Origin: Leucoraja ocellata
Taxonomy: Eukaryota
Direction: 5' to 3'
Length of the DNA stretch: 64,000 bases
NCBI GenBank assembly: GCA_036785375.1
Contig: JAWMAR010000594.1
Span: forward strand, 186,001 to 250,000
Shown here: positions 25,168-37,350 of the stretch, in pieces
How the letters are laid out: every line of letters begins with the position of its first letter
Position numbering within the stretch: position 1 is the stretch's first letter
The notes under the pieces: generated by a model
The model's input: the letters and a program-made list of their open reading frames with translations, nothing else
Told to the model about the DNA's origin: nothing
The model's database searches: none
Translations under genes and position numbers: made by a program

Positions 25168-25195
25168 GACGTTTCAGGTCGAGACCCTTCTTCAG
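25168..25195 (-). ncRNA. Minimal type I hammerhead ribozyme motif in a Penelope tail (25103-25198)
   Basis: Minus strand gt-CTGAAGA-agggtctcgacct-GAAA-cGTC-ac: intact core, short helix II, palindromic ACGT loop III; helix I only 2-3 bp. Confidence 0.65.
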
Positions 25196-27060
25196 ACAGA
25201 ATATAAGAGAAATAGCTGTAGATATTGGGAAATGGCACAAAAAATGAATCTGCTCCCACAGTGGGTTGTTTATGGAAATCATCAACACAGGGACAAATTG
25301 ACATAAGGAAAGATATTTTTTATATCCACCAAGGCCCAATGGAATCTGGTTAATCATCAACTCCAAACAACATCACATCCACAGAGCAACTCCCGTCAAT
25401 CTAAATTTTATTATTAGCCGAAAAATTATTCTGTTTCTATTTGAAAGCACAAAAAGAGCACAGCATTGCTAGCCCTATTATTCTGTAGGTGCATCATTAT
25501 ATTCTCATGCATTGTCAAGTTTATCTGGAGCACAGTGCTATTTGTTTACCTCTGCATACACTGACAGTCTATCCAGCAAAAATGACGTGCAGCTAATGGC
25601 ATTAGCAGCATCATATGATTTTGTGACCCAGCCCATAACGGGGCACCTGCATGACTTGCACAAAATAATACTGTGTGTAAAATGGCTACAACAAACCTAG
25701 GAGAGGCGAGTAAGTATGAAAGGGACTTTGAGAACCTATAATGAGGAGAAATGGGTTCACAGACAGCCTATACCAAGCAATTGCTCTGGAGATCTCTGCT
25801 CGGAGTAAAACTTGTGTATCAGTTGCTTGCATAATCTGTTCCTTGTCAGTCTCATGCTTTGGGCTGAAGTAAAGTAAATGAAGCCTTGTTACCTTGAATA
25901 TAGAGTGTATTGAGCTTCCAAATGCAGCAGTAAACAACAAACTGTAAGATGTGGCACAGATTGGTGGAAGTGCCTGGAACCCTAGAGTGACTGTGATCTG
26001 CATTTCAACAGCGATGGAGTCCAGGCATGTACATCAGCCAATTTTTGAAGTCACATCAACTGGTAGATCTCATTGGTGAAGTCCATCTTATGTAGCTATG
26101 ATGCAACATGCCTGGATAAAAAATATATTTTAGCCCCCCTATTCTTCCACTCAAGCTGTTCCCTGGCTACCTATGGTGCTTCCAATGCTTGTGTTCCATT
26201 TCCATGTTATCCACCAAGAGGTGTAGATAAATACTATTGGAAGTAAGATTTGAGTACAAATCCAGTTGATGGTGCAAGGAAGAATCAGAATTAAGTGTGA
26301 ACATTTAGATAATAGTGGAGAGCTATGGCAAATAATTCAGCTGGAAAGTAATAGGTCTTTTAAATAGAAGAGGAAATCCATAGAAGAGGAAAAGTCATAT
26401 AGGAACAAAAACAATTGTTCTGTGAATAAACTAGGAATATTGTTTTTCACACCCAGTAGGATTAAAGAAATCATAATAGACATTGCACTGTTGCCGATGT
26501 CTTTGGGACACATTTCTTGCATTAAACGTAATGTCAAGTGGCAAATTTTCCACTGGGACCAAAACAGCCAAGGATTGAGTACAATTTTGCTCTACTCATT
26601 GTAAATTCTGTTTTAAACCACATAACCATATTTCATCCAGCACTTTGAGAATGAGCCCTTATCTCTGGAACAGGCTCAACCTCCCAACTATTTGTTCAGA
26701 TGCAATAGTGCTGCCTCTGTGCCATATCCTATGGCAGAGTTGTGCTCTTAGAGGTAATTGGAATGTTTAATTAGTACCTGATAATTATTTCCAGGATTAG
26801 TTTTCTAACCTAACTTCTTGTCTTTGCAGAGATTGTTTAGATTTTTCTGAACAATTGTCTCATTTTAGTCCATGGTGTTTCATGGCTGAATCAAATACTG
26901 CTATTTTTTAAGGAATCATTTTTTTAAGAAGGCCTCTACCAATTTATGTAATCAAATAATCACATTTTTTCCAATCCAGAAGAACTACCCTACAATATTT
27001 TTTAAATCTACTTCAGAAATATGAATATTATCTTTCTAACAGTTTTGTAAACTTAGATAC

Positions 27061-27182
27061 CTTGGGAAAGAGCCTCGCTTTGTCTCCAGATATTCGCTGA
27101 GACCTTTCTGCACAAGGTCAAGTTGTTTGTTGCATTCACGCAAATTCTCTAGCAGCCTTCCATCAGGACATAATTCAATAAT
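27061..27182 (-). CDS. DNAH1: DNAH1 exon (122 bp): IIELCPDGRLLENL...KGLSEYLETKRGSFP
   Basis: tag/gtatct boundaries; YLE.KR..FPR motif. Confidence 0.93.
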
Positions 27183-29390
27183 CTATGGAAAGGGGCTATA
27201 ATGTTAATAAACAAGCAATCATAATTCTCATATCAATGACAAGACACTTTTTACACAGATTTTTCCTGAGAGATGTATGAAGAATAGTAATAATAATGTC
27301 ATTGCACAAATGTTTAAAAAATGTCAGATAAAAGTTAAGTATTTATTTGAGCAATAACATTTTCAACACTACTGCTAGTCCCATTAAAGCATTCAGCCGC
27401 TTTGAGATATATAATATCCTAACCAATTACAGTGATGTGATTTCATGTCATTCTAACTGTTGAATTACCCACTGATTGTATGTCCTTGTACATAAGTACC
27501 TGCAATATCGATGAATATCAACAAAACAAAATAAAGATATCTCACTACCTTTCTTACAAATTCCTCATTAAGGCTGTGGGCCGAGTATCAAAACTTTGTC
27601 TAGAAATCTGACCCGTGTATCGGAACTACATGAAATTTTGCACAGATTTAGATAAAATATAATTGAGAAGGAAGTTATAACTTGTCAGTACCAAAAGTTG
27701 CACATTAATTAATTAAACTAATTAGAAAATGAGATCAAAAAAGTAAGCGCCATCTAGTGTCCAATGCCCATATTACACCATGGGAGCCTATTTCCGTGTT
27801 GCAGTCTATTTAAACCATATATTATTATATTATATATATCTATATATGACATGAATATGACTGTAATCATATATAATTATGTATAATTATATTATACAAA
27901 AATAATATAATGAATTTAATTGTGAATGTGTATTTTGAATGAGACTGCCACAGAGGTCCAGCTCCTGAACCAGCCTAATTAATGGGTGAGGGCAGTTCCT
28001 CTGGGTTCCCCCGTTTAGTTAACCCCACTGACTGCCAGTGTGCAGAATGGGAGTCATGGTCATAGTGGGACTGGGGCAGTGCCAGACTGGGGGAAGGCTT
28101 AGGCATCTTCCACTGATAGGAAAATGCCTAACCCTAATCCTAACTCGTTCCCCTTCCACAGCTGCCCACGGCTGGCGCTGGAGCCTCTTTGGGACCGGCT
28201 GCGGGCTCCGTACCTGTGGCCCCGCAGCGCGTCCACCTCAGCCAGCATGCCCTACTGGATCATCGTGGGGATGGTGGTGGGGAGCATCACTGCCCTGCAC
28301 GCCACCCGGACCGCCTTCAGCACCCCAATAGCGTCGGCTCCGCACCCACAGCTCCGCGATGTTGGAGCAACGGCCCAACACTCCAGAGCTCCAAGCGGCA
28401 ATCCCAGGTAAGGCCTCGCCCGCTCCACGATGTATCGAGCGCAGCTGCTGAAGCTCTGGTCTGGTCCCGGCAGGAAAGGCTGCCTCCATCCAGTTGGTAG
28501 GCCGCGAGGGGGGGGGGAGGGGGGCGAAGACACGACTCGGATGTTAGCCACATCCTCGCAAGGAAGCGACTGAAGGACGGTTTACCCCTTACCCAACCCG
28601 CTTCCCCCCACGTAAAATACTGAAAAAACAAAAAAAACACTCTAAACATAACAAAAAATAAAAAAGACAGCCAGACTGTGGGCGGAGGCAGCCAGTAACA
28701 GCGCCACCGCATGTCCAGGATCCGTGTGACTGTACCAAAGGTAAAGTGAAATTGCAGAGGCCAAGTTAAATAGTAGGATTAAAGCACATATATCTTGGTA
28801 GTCAAGAAACAAGTGAAGAAAATATGGGAATAAAATATAGGTAGAAGAGTGGAATCAGCTTTGATTCAAACTGATGTACCAATTTAGAAACAGGCATGGA
28901 TAAATATGCAGGCAGCTACATTTCAGGTATTCATTGCTGGAGGTATAATGGCAAAGACGAGCCAATTGATGTAAATCAATTGCAGGGTAGATAAACAGTG
29001 GCAAGGACAGAGATCATTTGAAAGTTACCTTCAGATCCAGTGCATCCTTTAATGCACTCTTATAATAGCCATAATAATATTCAGGTATGTCATCTTGGTC
29101 CATCACATGTTGCTTTAATATCATTCAATAACGAGACAATCAACAAGAGGAAAAATAGTACCTACTTCCTTATGGAACCACAAAATTCAAGAAAAATATG
29201 GCTATTATCTTGGAATGGTATGTCATCCATACCACACCATTTAGTCTCTTGCAGCTGGTTTGATAGCAAGATGGCAAAGTCATTAGAGTGGGCAGCATCA
29301 CTATAATACTTGGTGGTTTGGACCAAGAAAGAATTGAGTATTAAAAACAGACAGCATTTTGTTAGCAAGATAAACATAAGAGCACAGTAC

Positions 29391-29555
29391 CTTTCTATTT
29401 TCATTTGCACTTTTCATTACAGTTATCCATAGCCGTTCCATGGTATGATATCGTTTACTTTCCACTGGCAGCTGTCTATTAATATCATCAGAGCTGAAGA
29501 TAGGTTCCAGGTAAATCCAAGATCTCTGACACTGCAGCCATTCTTCCAGGACATC
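29391..29555 (-). CDS. DNAH1: DNAH1 exon (165 bp): DVLEEWLQCQRSWIYLEPIFSS...ANENRK
   Basis: cag/gtact boundaries; W.YLEPIF linker motif. Confidence 0.94.
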
Positions 29556-29859
29556 CTGAAATAACACAAAATATAAATATAATATAATTGCATTTGCAAA
29601 GATTACAAGTATACTCACTTATAATTCTAATAATTTCTTCAAGAAAGGTAATTAACCTGAATTGTTAACAGTATTCTTCTCTAACCATGAATCTACCAAT
29701 AATTTTGGGATGTGTTTTCATTTCTAATTACATTCTTATAAAGTGTAGAAAACATTCTTTCTCTTTTCTATTGATTAGTAGGACTGGATGTTACATTCCC
29801 TAAGGTTCTTCACCACAACTGACACCCGGTATTCTTGGGGGTGACCACTAGGTGATTTT

Positions 29860-30330
29860 GCTACCAATCAGACACATCTTCAGTTGTGTACCTCAACATC
29901 ACTGCGTGTTTCGGCCTTTTATCACAAGACACCCTCAGTCGAGGCAGGCCCACCCCAGGGTGATCAGCCCTGGGTGTGTGCCTCGTGGGTAGCCTCTAGA
30001 TGGTCATGTGGCAGCCCAGACAGCATATTTTCTCTTCAGCCACAGCCAGTGACTGCTCCATTCTGCTTTTTCCCTTCCATCTTCCTCTCTACCGCTGACT
30101 GTGGCTGGTTGGGCCCTGGACTCGTTTCCGTTGGTGGGACAGTACTTGGTTGAGCTTTGCCTGAGGTGCTGCTACCCTTTGGACTGTGGTGGTTAACCTG
30201 CCACTGGGCTTCACTCGACTGATTTGGCCTACCTCTTAGAAGGTAATGGTCAATGCGAGGCCCCACACCAAGCTCTCCCGGGCATTTTTCTCTGCCATGG
30301 TGGATCTTGAGACCCACTGAATTATAACCT
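29860..30330 (-). mobile_element. Probable HERO-clade non-LTR element, internally deleted
   Basis: N-terminal GLKIHHGREKC..PRIDHYLLR joined directly to C-terminal AEWSSHWLWLKR and a 3'UTR-like ctgatcaccc...gagggtgtc...ccgaaacac; assignment from recalled motifs. Confidence 0.55.
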
Positions 30331-30422
30331 ATTGTTTGCTTGTAAGTCAAGCTTTAAATCTGTGGTGATTGTATGCAGGTTCCGAAAGTCTTGTTGAGTT
30401 ATATAATCTAAACAAATCTCAC

Positions 30423-30635
30423 CTGGGTCATCCGCAGTTTGTTTTCCCAACTGCTGATCCTTACTTCATATGCTTTTTTAAATGGTGAGAAAGCCATGCT
30501 TTGTGTCATGACAATATGATCATCCAGTAATTGAGAAGCTTCATCTGGACTTTTTAAGATAAATGTTCCTGTTTCTTTATATGGCATCACATCAAAGTTA
30601 ATATTTTCCCAATCAGCTTCCATCTTATCCAGAGC
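30423..30635 (-). CDS. DNAH1: DNAH1 exon (213 bp): ALDKMEADWEN...WENKLRMTQ
   Basis: tag/gtgaga boundaries; ORF 30408..30623. Confidence 0.93.
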
Positions 30636-30821
30636 CTACAAATGAGGTTTCAAACATTATTGTTTGGAGATTTTTTTGTTTGACTAAACAGTTGCAAGTT
30701 CGCAGCATAAGACTTACTTTGGGTCTAAAATCAGACCAGCATCAATCTAATGCATTTTGAAATATAAAATGTTTGCATTGAAGTGCTAGCATATACAAAA
30801 TAAAAGCTTGTTTATTTGTTT

Positions 30822-31149
30822 ACTTGTACACTGGCCCTATCCCCAAACTCTATCTCCATTATATTGACGACTGGATCGGGGCCACCTCCTGCACCCCTGT
30901 AGAACTGATGGACTTCATTCACTTCACTACCAATTTCCATCCTGCACTGAAATTCACTTGGATCATTTCCGACACCTCCTTCCCCTTTCTTAATCTCACC
31001 GTCTCCATCACAGGAGATAGACTATCGACTGATGTCTATTACTAACCTACAGACTCCCACAGCTACAGTATATAGACTACATTTCTTCCCACCCTATCTC
31101 CTGCAAAGACTATCCCCTGCTCCCAATTCCTCCGTCTCTGCCGCATCTA
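30822..31149 (+). mobile_element. Penelope-like RT fragment
   Basis: ORF 30824..31045 HYIDDWIGAT...FHPALKFT...PFLNL. Confidence 0.85.
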
Positions 31150-31271
31150 AAATTTAACAGTGAATACTCATAATCATCACCAATGATAAATTAGATAAAC
31201 TAGATAAAGCAATTTTTTTCAAAGCAAATTGAAGCTTTAAAAAAAATTAAAACAACCCTTTTCTCTTCTTT

Positions 31272-31530
31272 TTAGTTTAGTTTAGTTTAGTTTAGTTTAG
31301 TTTAGTTTTGAGATACAAAGCGGAACAGGCCCTTTGGTCCACCGAGTCCGCATCGACCAGTGATTCCCCCTAAAATCCTGTATGTCCTCAGAGTGTGAGA
31401 GGAAACCGGAGATCCCGGAGAAAACCCCGCAGGTCAGGGGGAGAATGTACAAACTCCGTGCACACAAGCACCCATAGTCAGGATCAAACCCGGGTCTCTG
31501 GCGCTATAAAGTCGCAACTCTACTCCTACT
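31272..31530 (-). mobile_element. HE1-like tRNA-derived SINE with (TTTAG)n tail
   Basis: ggaaaccggagatcccggagaaaacccc...gtcaggatcaaacccgggtctctggcgct (B-box-like on minus) and CR1-shared 3' end. Confidence 0.75.
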
Positions 31531-33150
31531 CATGCAGGCTTGCCCTGGTGTAATTCATACAGATTTTCAAATGTCTACCTCGCGTAAGGATTTGATGGGT
31601 GTATTCATATGTATTGCAGGCAAAGGCATGGGAAAATCATATATTGATGGAATGCACATGGTTGATCAAACAATGATTTTGATTTTTGGTCAACAGTTTT
31701 GGTTTTGATTGGATATATAAATATGTTTAGCGTGACGATTTGCTTCTGACATATTTGTGGTGAGGAGGATATTGAGATGAAAAGTAATGAAGGCATGATA
31801 ATTAATGACTATTTAAATTATGGGGTTTCTGATTCCTTTTTAATTGTGACTATGTCTCGATGTTAAACAGTGAAGGTGCCAAGAAGATGCTTTCCCAGCT
31901 TACAGGAACTCAAATTGTGATGTTATTGGGCAACTACCCTATGGCAAGTGAACAACTAGATGGGAGTAGAAATCGGAAAGGAAGAATCAGGTGTGCCTTG
32001 GAGTTCATCTTGTAAGTGTTCGTATGTTAATTGACAGACAACCTTGTCTTTCTTAGTGTTAGCGATCAAGATTTTGTTTCTGTGTTGGGCTGGAAACATA
32101 GTCATAAAGCATAGAAACAGGCTTTTCGGTCCAACTTGTGCACATCACCCAACATGTCCCATCTACATGTCCCATCTGCCTGCATTTGGCCCATATCCTC
32201 TAAACCTGTCCTATCGATGATGAATTGTCATATTTCCTCTGAAGAGAAGAGCAAACTAAGAGATAACCTTAACATTATCTCTAAAATTGTGTGTGTTTGT
32301 TTGGGTAGATATCATGAAGATGTTTCCATAAACTAGTCCAAGAATGAATTAAAATTAATTTGTTTGTGCTCACATTGCAAAATGGATCTTCCTACCGCGT
32401 GAAGTGATTAAAATACCGCAGATGACATGAAGCAGAATGAAATAGAAATTATAGAAGATTGAAGGAATAAAATAGATTGGGAGGAGGCTCACATAACGCA
32501 TAAATGCCAATATAGACTTGCTAGACTGATCTAGCGGTTTCTGTTCTATAAAGCTTTTGTGATTCTAAAAATAATACAAATTATTTTGCTGGTAAATAAA
32601 AGAACCTATTTAATGACATCACTTCAGGATTATGCAACAGCAATGTAACTTCAAATTGTATCCAGCTAGGGCAAATACTTGCATAGAATAATTTTGTAAT
32701 TCAATTCCATAGCTCCTGACAACCTCTAAAGGCAGAAGGAAGTCACTGGTGTCCACAGTTGGAATTAAAGAGAAACATGTGTTAAAGTTATTACTACAGC
32801 CAGGAGTTAAAAGGATCTAAGATTGTTAGGAGCAGAGGCTATTTGATACATGCTATTTTATATCCTGTTTTTTTTTTGCAGTTTCATGCAATATTTTATT
32901 TTTATCAAATTTGTTAGATTGTTTGGGGCGTTTTCTTAGTTTTTATCAATTTTAAAAAGAGTTTTGTAGTGATGCTTGGCACTTCTTGGATGGTTTTTAT
33001 CCCATCTAGATATGTTCAGGCAGAAGAGATATAAAGGAAAATTATGTACAGTCATTACTAAATGCAATGGATAAACAGTCCCTATGGGATGTCATTTGTA
33101 TCAGACAACAAATTTTACTGCAGTTTTAAAACAAAGTTCTGAATATGTAC

Positions 33151-33404
33151 CTGTTCAATGGCATATTCCTTTCCAGCTACTTCTGCTACTTTGGCTATGG
33201 CCTCTATATGTTCTTGAAGATGCATGTCTAAACATCGTGCGAATGTCAGATTAGCCTTAGGCTTAATTGATATTTGGATCTGTTCTGATAACATTTCCCA
33301 GTGTCTGTTTCGCATCCCAGGATTTCGCAGTGCTTGGATGAGGGGGATATATGGCTTAAATTCCTCAATCATGAATCGGATTTTCAATGCAACATCTGAA
33401 AGAC
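33151..33404 (-). CDS. DNAH1: DNAH1 exon (254 bp): GLSDVALKIRFMIEEFKPYIPLIQALRNPGMRNRHW...GKEYAIEQ
   Basis: tatag/gtacat boundaries; RHW motif; ORF 33115..33561. Confidence 0.92.
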
Positions 33405-33408
33405 CTAT

Positions 33409-33506
33409 AGGTAGACACAAAAAGCTGGAGTAACTCAGTGGGTCAGGCAGCATCTTGGGAGAAAAAGAATGGTGTGATGTTTTGTGTCGAAAACCTTCTT
33501 CAGACC
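33409..33506 (-). mobile_element. Penelope tail remnant (degenerate hammerhead) abutting the DNAH1 acceptor
   Basis: Minus: ggtCTGAAGAaggttttcgacacAAAAcatc...gatgctgcctgacccactgagttactccagctttttgtgtctacc. Confidence 0.8.
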
Positions 33507-33824
33507 TGTATTTGGTAAATGAAAAGATATGAAAGGCAAATGTCTGAATCTGAAAGAGCAAATCATTAACTACCTTTGTCTAATGTGTCACTGAGTGACA
33601 GTTGGACTATTTCTCTTAAAATAAAGGCAAAATGAGTTTCCATTTAACTTCTTGGATATATATCAACGTTACCCATCAAAATACCTAATATTCTCGTTTG
33701 TTTATATAATGAGATGTTTATTCAGTAATACTGAAGCATACTCAGTAATTTACATTAATTCTCAACATTACTGAGAAGGCATTTATCTTCTTCCAATTCC
33801 ATCGACCCCGCATCAACCATTAAT

Positions 33825-34863
33825 TAGGTATGTTACAAAACCTACCTGAATCGTGGCTGAGCATCTGCCCTACCCCGTATGTGTGATTTTGGCGCTGTTT
33901 AGAGGGGGCGGGTTTAAAACGCGATTTTTACTAGGCTGTTCCAATCGAAAATGTTCAGCCTAGTAAATCATTAACGGAAAATCGCTGAAAGACCCCGTCG
34001 CAAAAGGTATTATTAGTTTTTATGGCCTTGTATAATATTTATAGTAGTTTAAAAATCACTCTCTCACTCCGCAACCTCTCGCAGCCCCAGGGTTTTATAA
34101 AGCAAACAATTAAAGGTATGTACCTTATTTTTACATTAAATGGGGCTTGTATATAACCCTGTTATTAAAGTTTTCTATAGCGAGTAGTTCATTTTGGGCT
34201 CTTTATATCCCGCAGTATTTTTCTGGGCACTTGAGGGCACAAATCCAGCGCAATGTGAACGTTCTAAACCAGCGCGTTCACAGGAACCCACTAGAAAGCC
34301 GATTTAAATTGACTTTAATTTACAGCAAATGAACACTAAATTCCTTCCATTTGGCCTATAAATTGATGTAAATGAGATTTAAAAATCATGTTTTATTGTG
34401 AATTATTTGTGAATATTATTTGGACACTTGGGCTATTTAAAAATGTTAATCATTTATTAAGAAATGGATAGATGTTTAGATCTAGTAATTGAAGTTTGAA
34501 ATTAGCTACAATTGGGTAACTAACTAATTATATGCTTTAATTTCAGGTCATCCAAGTAAGATTATTTTATATTTGTTTCAGAATGCTTCAATCTATGATA
34601 ACTGAAAATTTCATTCAGTTCTCTTAATTTTTAAGAAGGTTATGGGCTTTTGACTGTCCACGATCACAGCTTTTTTGTTATGTCCATAGAAAATCAATAG
34701 GGAACAAGATGCTAATTTCCGAGTATGAAAATGGCCATAACTTTTTTATTACTTGAGATATGAAAGTGAATTAGGTGTCAAATTAAACTTACTGTTATGC
34801 TTTATCTGATGGGATAAATTGCAGACTTGATTTTTTAAATCTCAAAATTTTGTAACATTGCTA
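33825..34863. mobile_element. Unclassified non-autonomous TIR DNA transposon, copy 1 (1039 bp)
   Basis: TIR TAGGTATGTTACAAAA / TTTTGTAACATTGCTA; 7-bp TSD cattaat (33818-33824 / 34864-34870). Confidence 0.88.
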
Positions 34864-34992
34864 CATTAATTGCATCTTGCCCTCACTTTTGTTTCATGCA
34901 CTTATTTGGTTATCTATTTTTAATTAAATAACATCTTTGAAATTATCAGAAATAATATGCACTATGTAACGAAAACCAAACCAGCTTTTTAC

Positions 34993-35191
34993 CTGGAATG
35001 TCCTTGAAATACTTGGTGCACCGATGCACAGTCTTGTAGGCGTCAATTACATTCCGTTCTATTTGTTCTGCGTCAATGGTATGTAATGGATCATTCATCC
35101 AACTTTCATGCCACCGTAACCAGTCTGATGTAGTTGTCCATAGATCTCGATAGGGTTGGAATTCCTTGGCCATCTTGTAAAGCCTGTCATA
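34993..35191 (-). CDS. DNAH1: DNAH1 exon (199 bp): YDRLYKMAKEFQPY...KYFKDIP
   Basis: cag/gtaaaa boundaries; ORF 34946..35206. Confidence 0.92.
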
Positions 35192-35820
35192 CTGATATAG
35201 CCACAATCATTTACACATGGCTATAGGAGCAATTGCTCCTGTTATATACTTCCATTATCATGCACTAAATGTTTATATTTATTCATGTACAAAGCAGTTA
35301 CTTATGAATGAACTTGGATAGTCACTGTCAGCATGAGAGTTGACTAAACTTAATAAAACATACTGACTATCCAGGCTTATTCATAAATAATAGTTCATGA
35401 GGAGGAACTGCCAGCGCAAATAACATTTTCTTCTGCAAGTTGTTGTTTGATGGACCAGTGAGGTGAATAGCCTGGGAAGATCTGGGTCAGTAATATGTCT
35501 GTGGAGGTAGACATCAGAGACTTATTGGTACATGAACAGACCATTCAGTTGTCAAATTTACTCCACCATTCAGTAAGATCATGGCCTTCCTATATTCCAC
35601 ATTTATTTAAATGCCTGGTTTCATATCACTTAATAACTCTGCCTCGCAAAAATCTATCAACATTGGTTTCAAAAATTATTAACTGAATTAGCATCTAATA
35701 CTAATACATAGAGTGGTGCAGCATGGCAACAGGCCCTGAGGGCCAACCTGTCCACGCCGGCCATCATGTCACATCTGCATTAGTCCCACCGGCCTGCGTT
35801 CAGCCCATATCCCTCTAAAC

Positions 35821-35992
35821 CAATGGTTCTTAACCTGGGGGTCGTTGGGATTTTGCCGTGGGTCATGAAAGGGACACAAATAACATGTCAATTTGTTGAG
35901 CCCATGTTTAGGAACCCAACAAAGATACATACCACATATAGTATTTTGTTCGCGTATGCACGTACAGGTGCCAAAAAGGTTAAGTACCATTG
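35821..35992. mobile_element. hAT (Charlie-like) MITE inserted in a CR1 3' fragment (35706-36230, minus)
   Basis: TIR CAATGGTTCTTAACCT / AGGTTAAGTACCATTG; 8-bp TSD ctctaaac/ttctaaac. Confidence 0.85.
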
Positions 35993-36374
35993 TTCTAAAC
36001 CTATCCTATCCATATACCTGTCCAAATGTTTTCTAAACGTTGTGATAATACTTGCCTCAGCTACCTCCTCTGGCAGCTTGTTCCATGCACCCTACCACCT
36101 TTTGTGTAAACAAGTTGCCGCCCAGGTTCCTATTAAATCTTTCCCCCTCACTTTAAACCTATGTCCTACGATTTTTGATTCCTCTTCTCTGGGTATAAGA
36201 CCATGTGCATTTATCCTATCTGTTCTTCTCATGAGAAAGCATCATTGTTTCTTTCCTGATTGGTCACCATGTACCCCACCTCCCTCCATCCGTGAAGGCC
36301 TACATATATCGCTTCTTATTGTTGAAGAAGTCCTCTCCTGATAAAGCTAGAAGGCACAGAGACAATAACGCAAG

Positions 36375-37350
36375 AAAAAAGGAACTGCAGATATTGGAAT
36401 CTTGAGCAAAGAAAAAATACTGGAGGAACTCAAGAAGTCAGGCTTCGTCCGTGGGACGAAATGGACAGACAACGTTTTGGTCACGACTTTTCTTCAGATT
36501 GGAATGAGAGAAATGAGATAAGAGGGGGATATGGGGATTATTACTTGAAATTGGAGAATTTAATGTTCATACCATTGGCTTGTAAGCTACCAAGCCGAGT
36601 ACGAGGTGCTGTTCTTCCAGTTAGCATATAGTTTCATTTTGGCAATGGAAAAGTGCAAGGACAGAAAGGTTGGTATGGGAATGGGAAGGGGATTTCCAGC
36701 AAGCTCCAGCAAGCCAGGGCAGACAGAGTGCAAGTGTAGGGCAAAACAGTTGCTGAGTGAATGCTTGTTCTCACTGTTGTAAAGGTTGTCACATTAGGAA
36801 CACCAAATGGTGTAGACGAGGTGGGAAGTGGTGCACATGAAACTCTAGCTCATCTTGAAGGGCTGCTGAAGTCCCTGGAAGTAAGTGAGAGAGGAGGCGT
36901 TACATCGCCTGCGGTGGCAAGGGCGAGTGCCTGAGGAAGGGCGGGCTATGCTGGAAGAACTGAGTGAAGCAAGGAGTTGACGAAGGAGTGGTCTCTTTGG
37001 AAAACGGAAAGGGTTATGCCTGTTGGTGAAAATGTCAGAGGCCATTGGGGTGAAAGGAGTGGATCAGGGGTACAAAGACTGGTGAGATGAAAGGCAAGGA
37101 TCAGCGGAACTCCATCCTCATTCCATCAGATGAGAGGGGGAGTGAGAGTAGAACTGTATTACACAGAGGAGACATGGGTGAGAGCTCCATTCACAACAGC
37201 AGAGGAGAAATCACTTTTACTGAGGAAAGAGGACATTTCAATAACCTAGAGTGGAAAACCTGAGCTTGAGAGCAAATGCAGTAGAGAAGGAGAAATTGAG
37301 AATACGGGATGGCGTCCTTGCAAGAGGCAGGTAGGAGGAGGCGTAGTCAA
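36375..37350 (-). mobile_element. Old, degenerate Penelope-like element with hammerhead-like tail
   Basis: Reverse complement resembles the GIY-YIG region of 59418-60735; CTGAAGA...AAAAcgtt near 36470-36497. Confidence 0.65.

Noticed and set aside
27051-27060. Possible U12-type intron donor (GTATCT)
   Set aside because: Does not match GTATCCTT, and there is no TCCTTAAC branch site at the paired acceptor.
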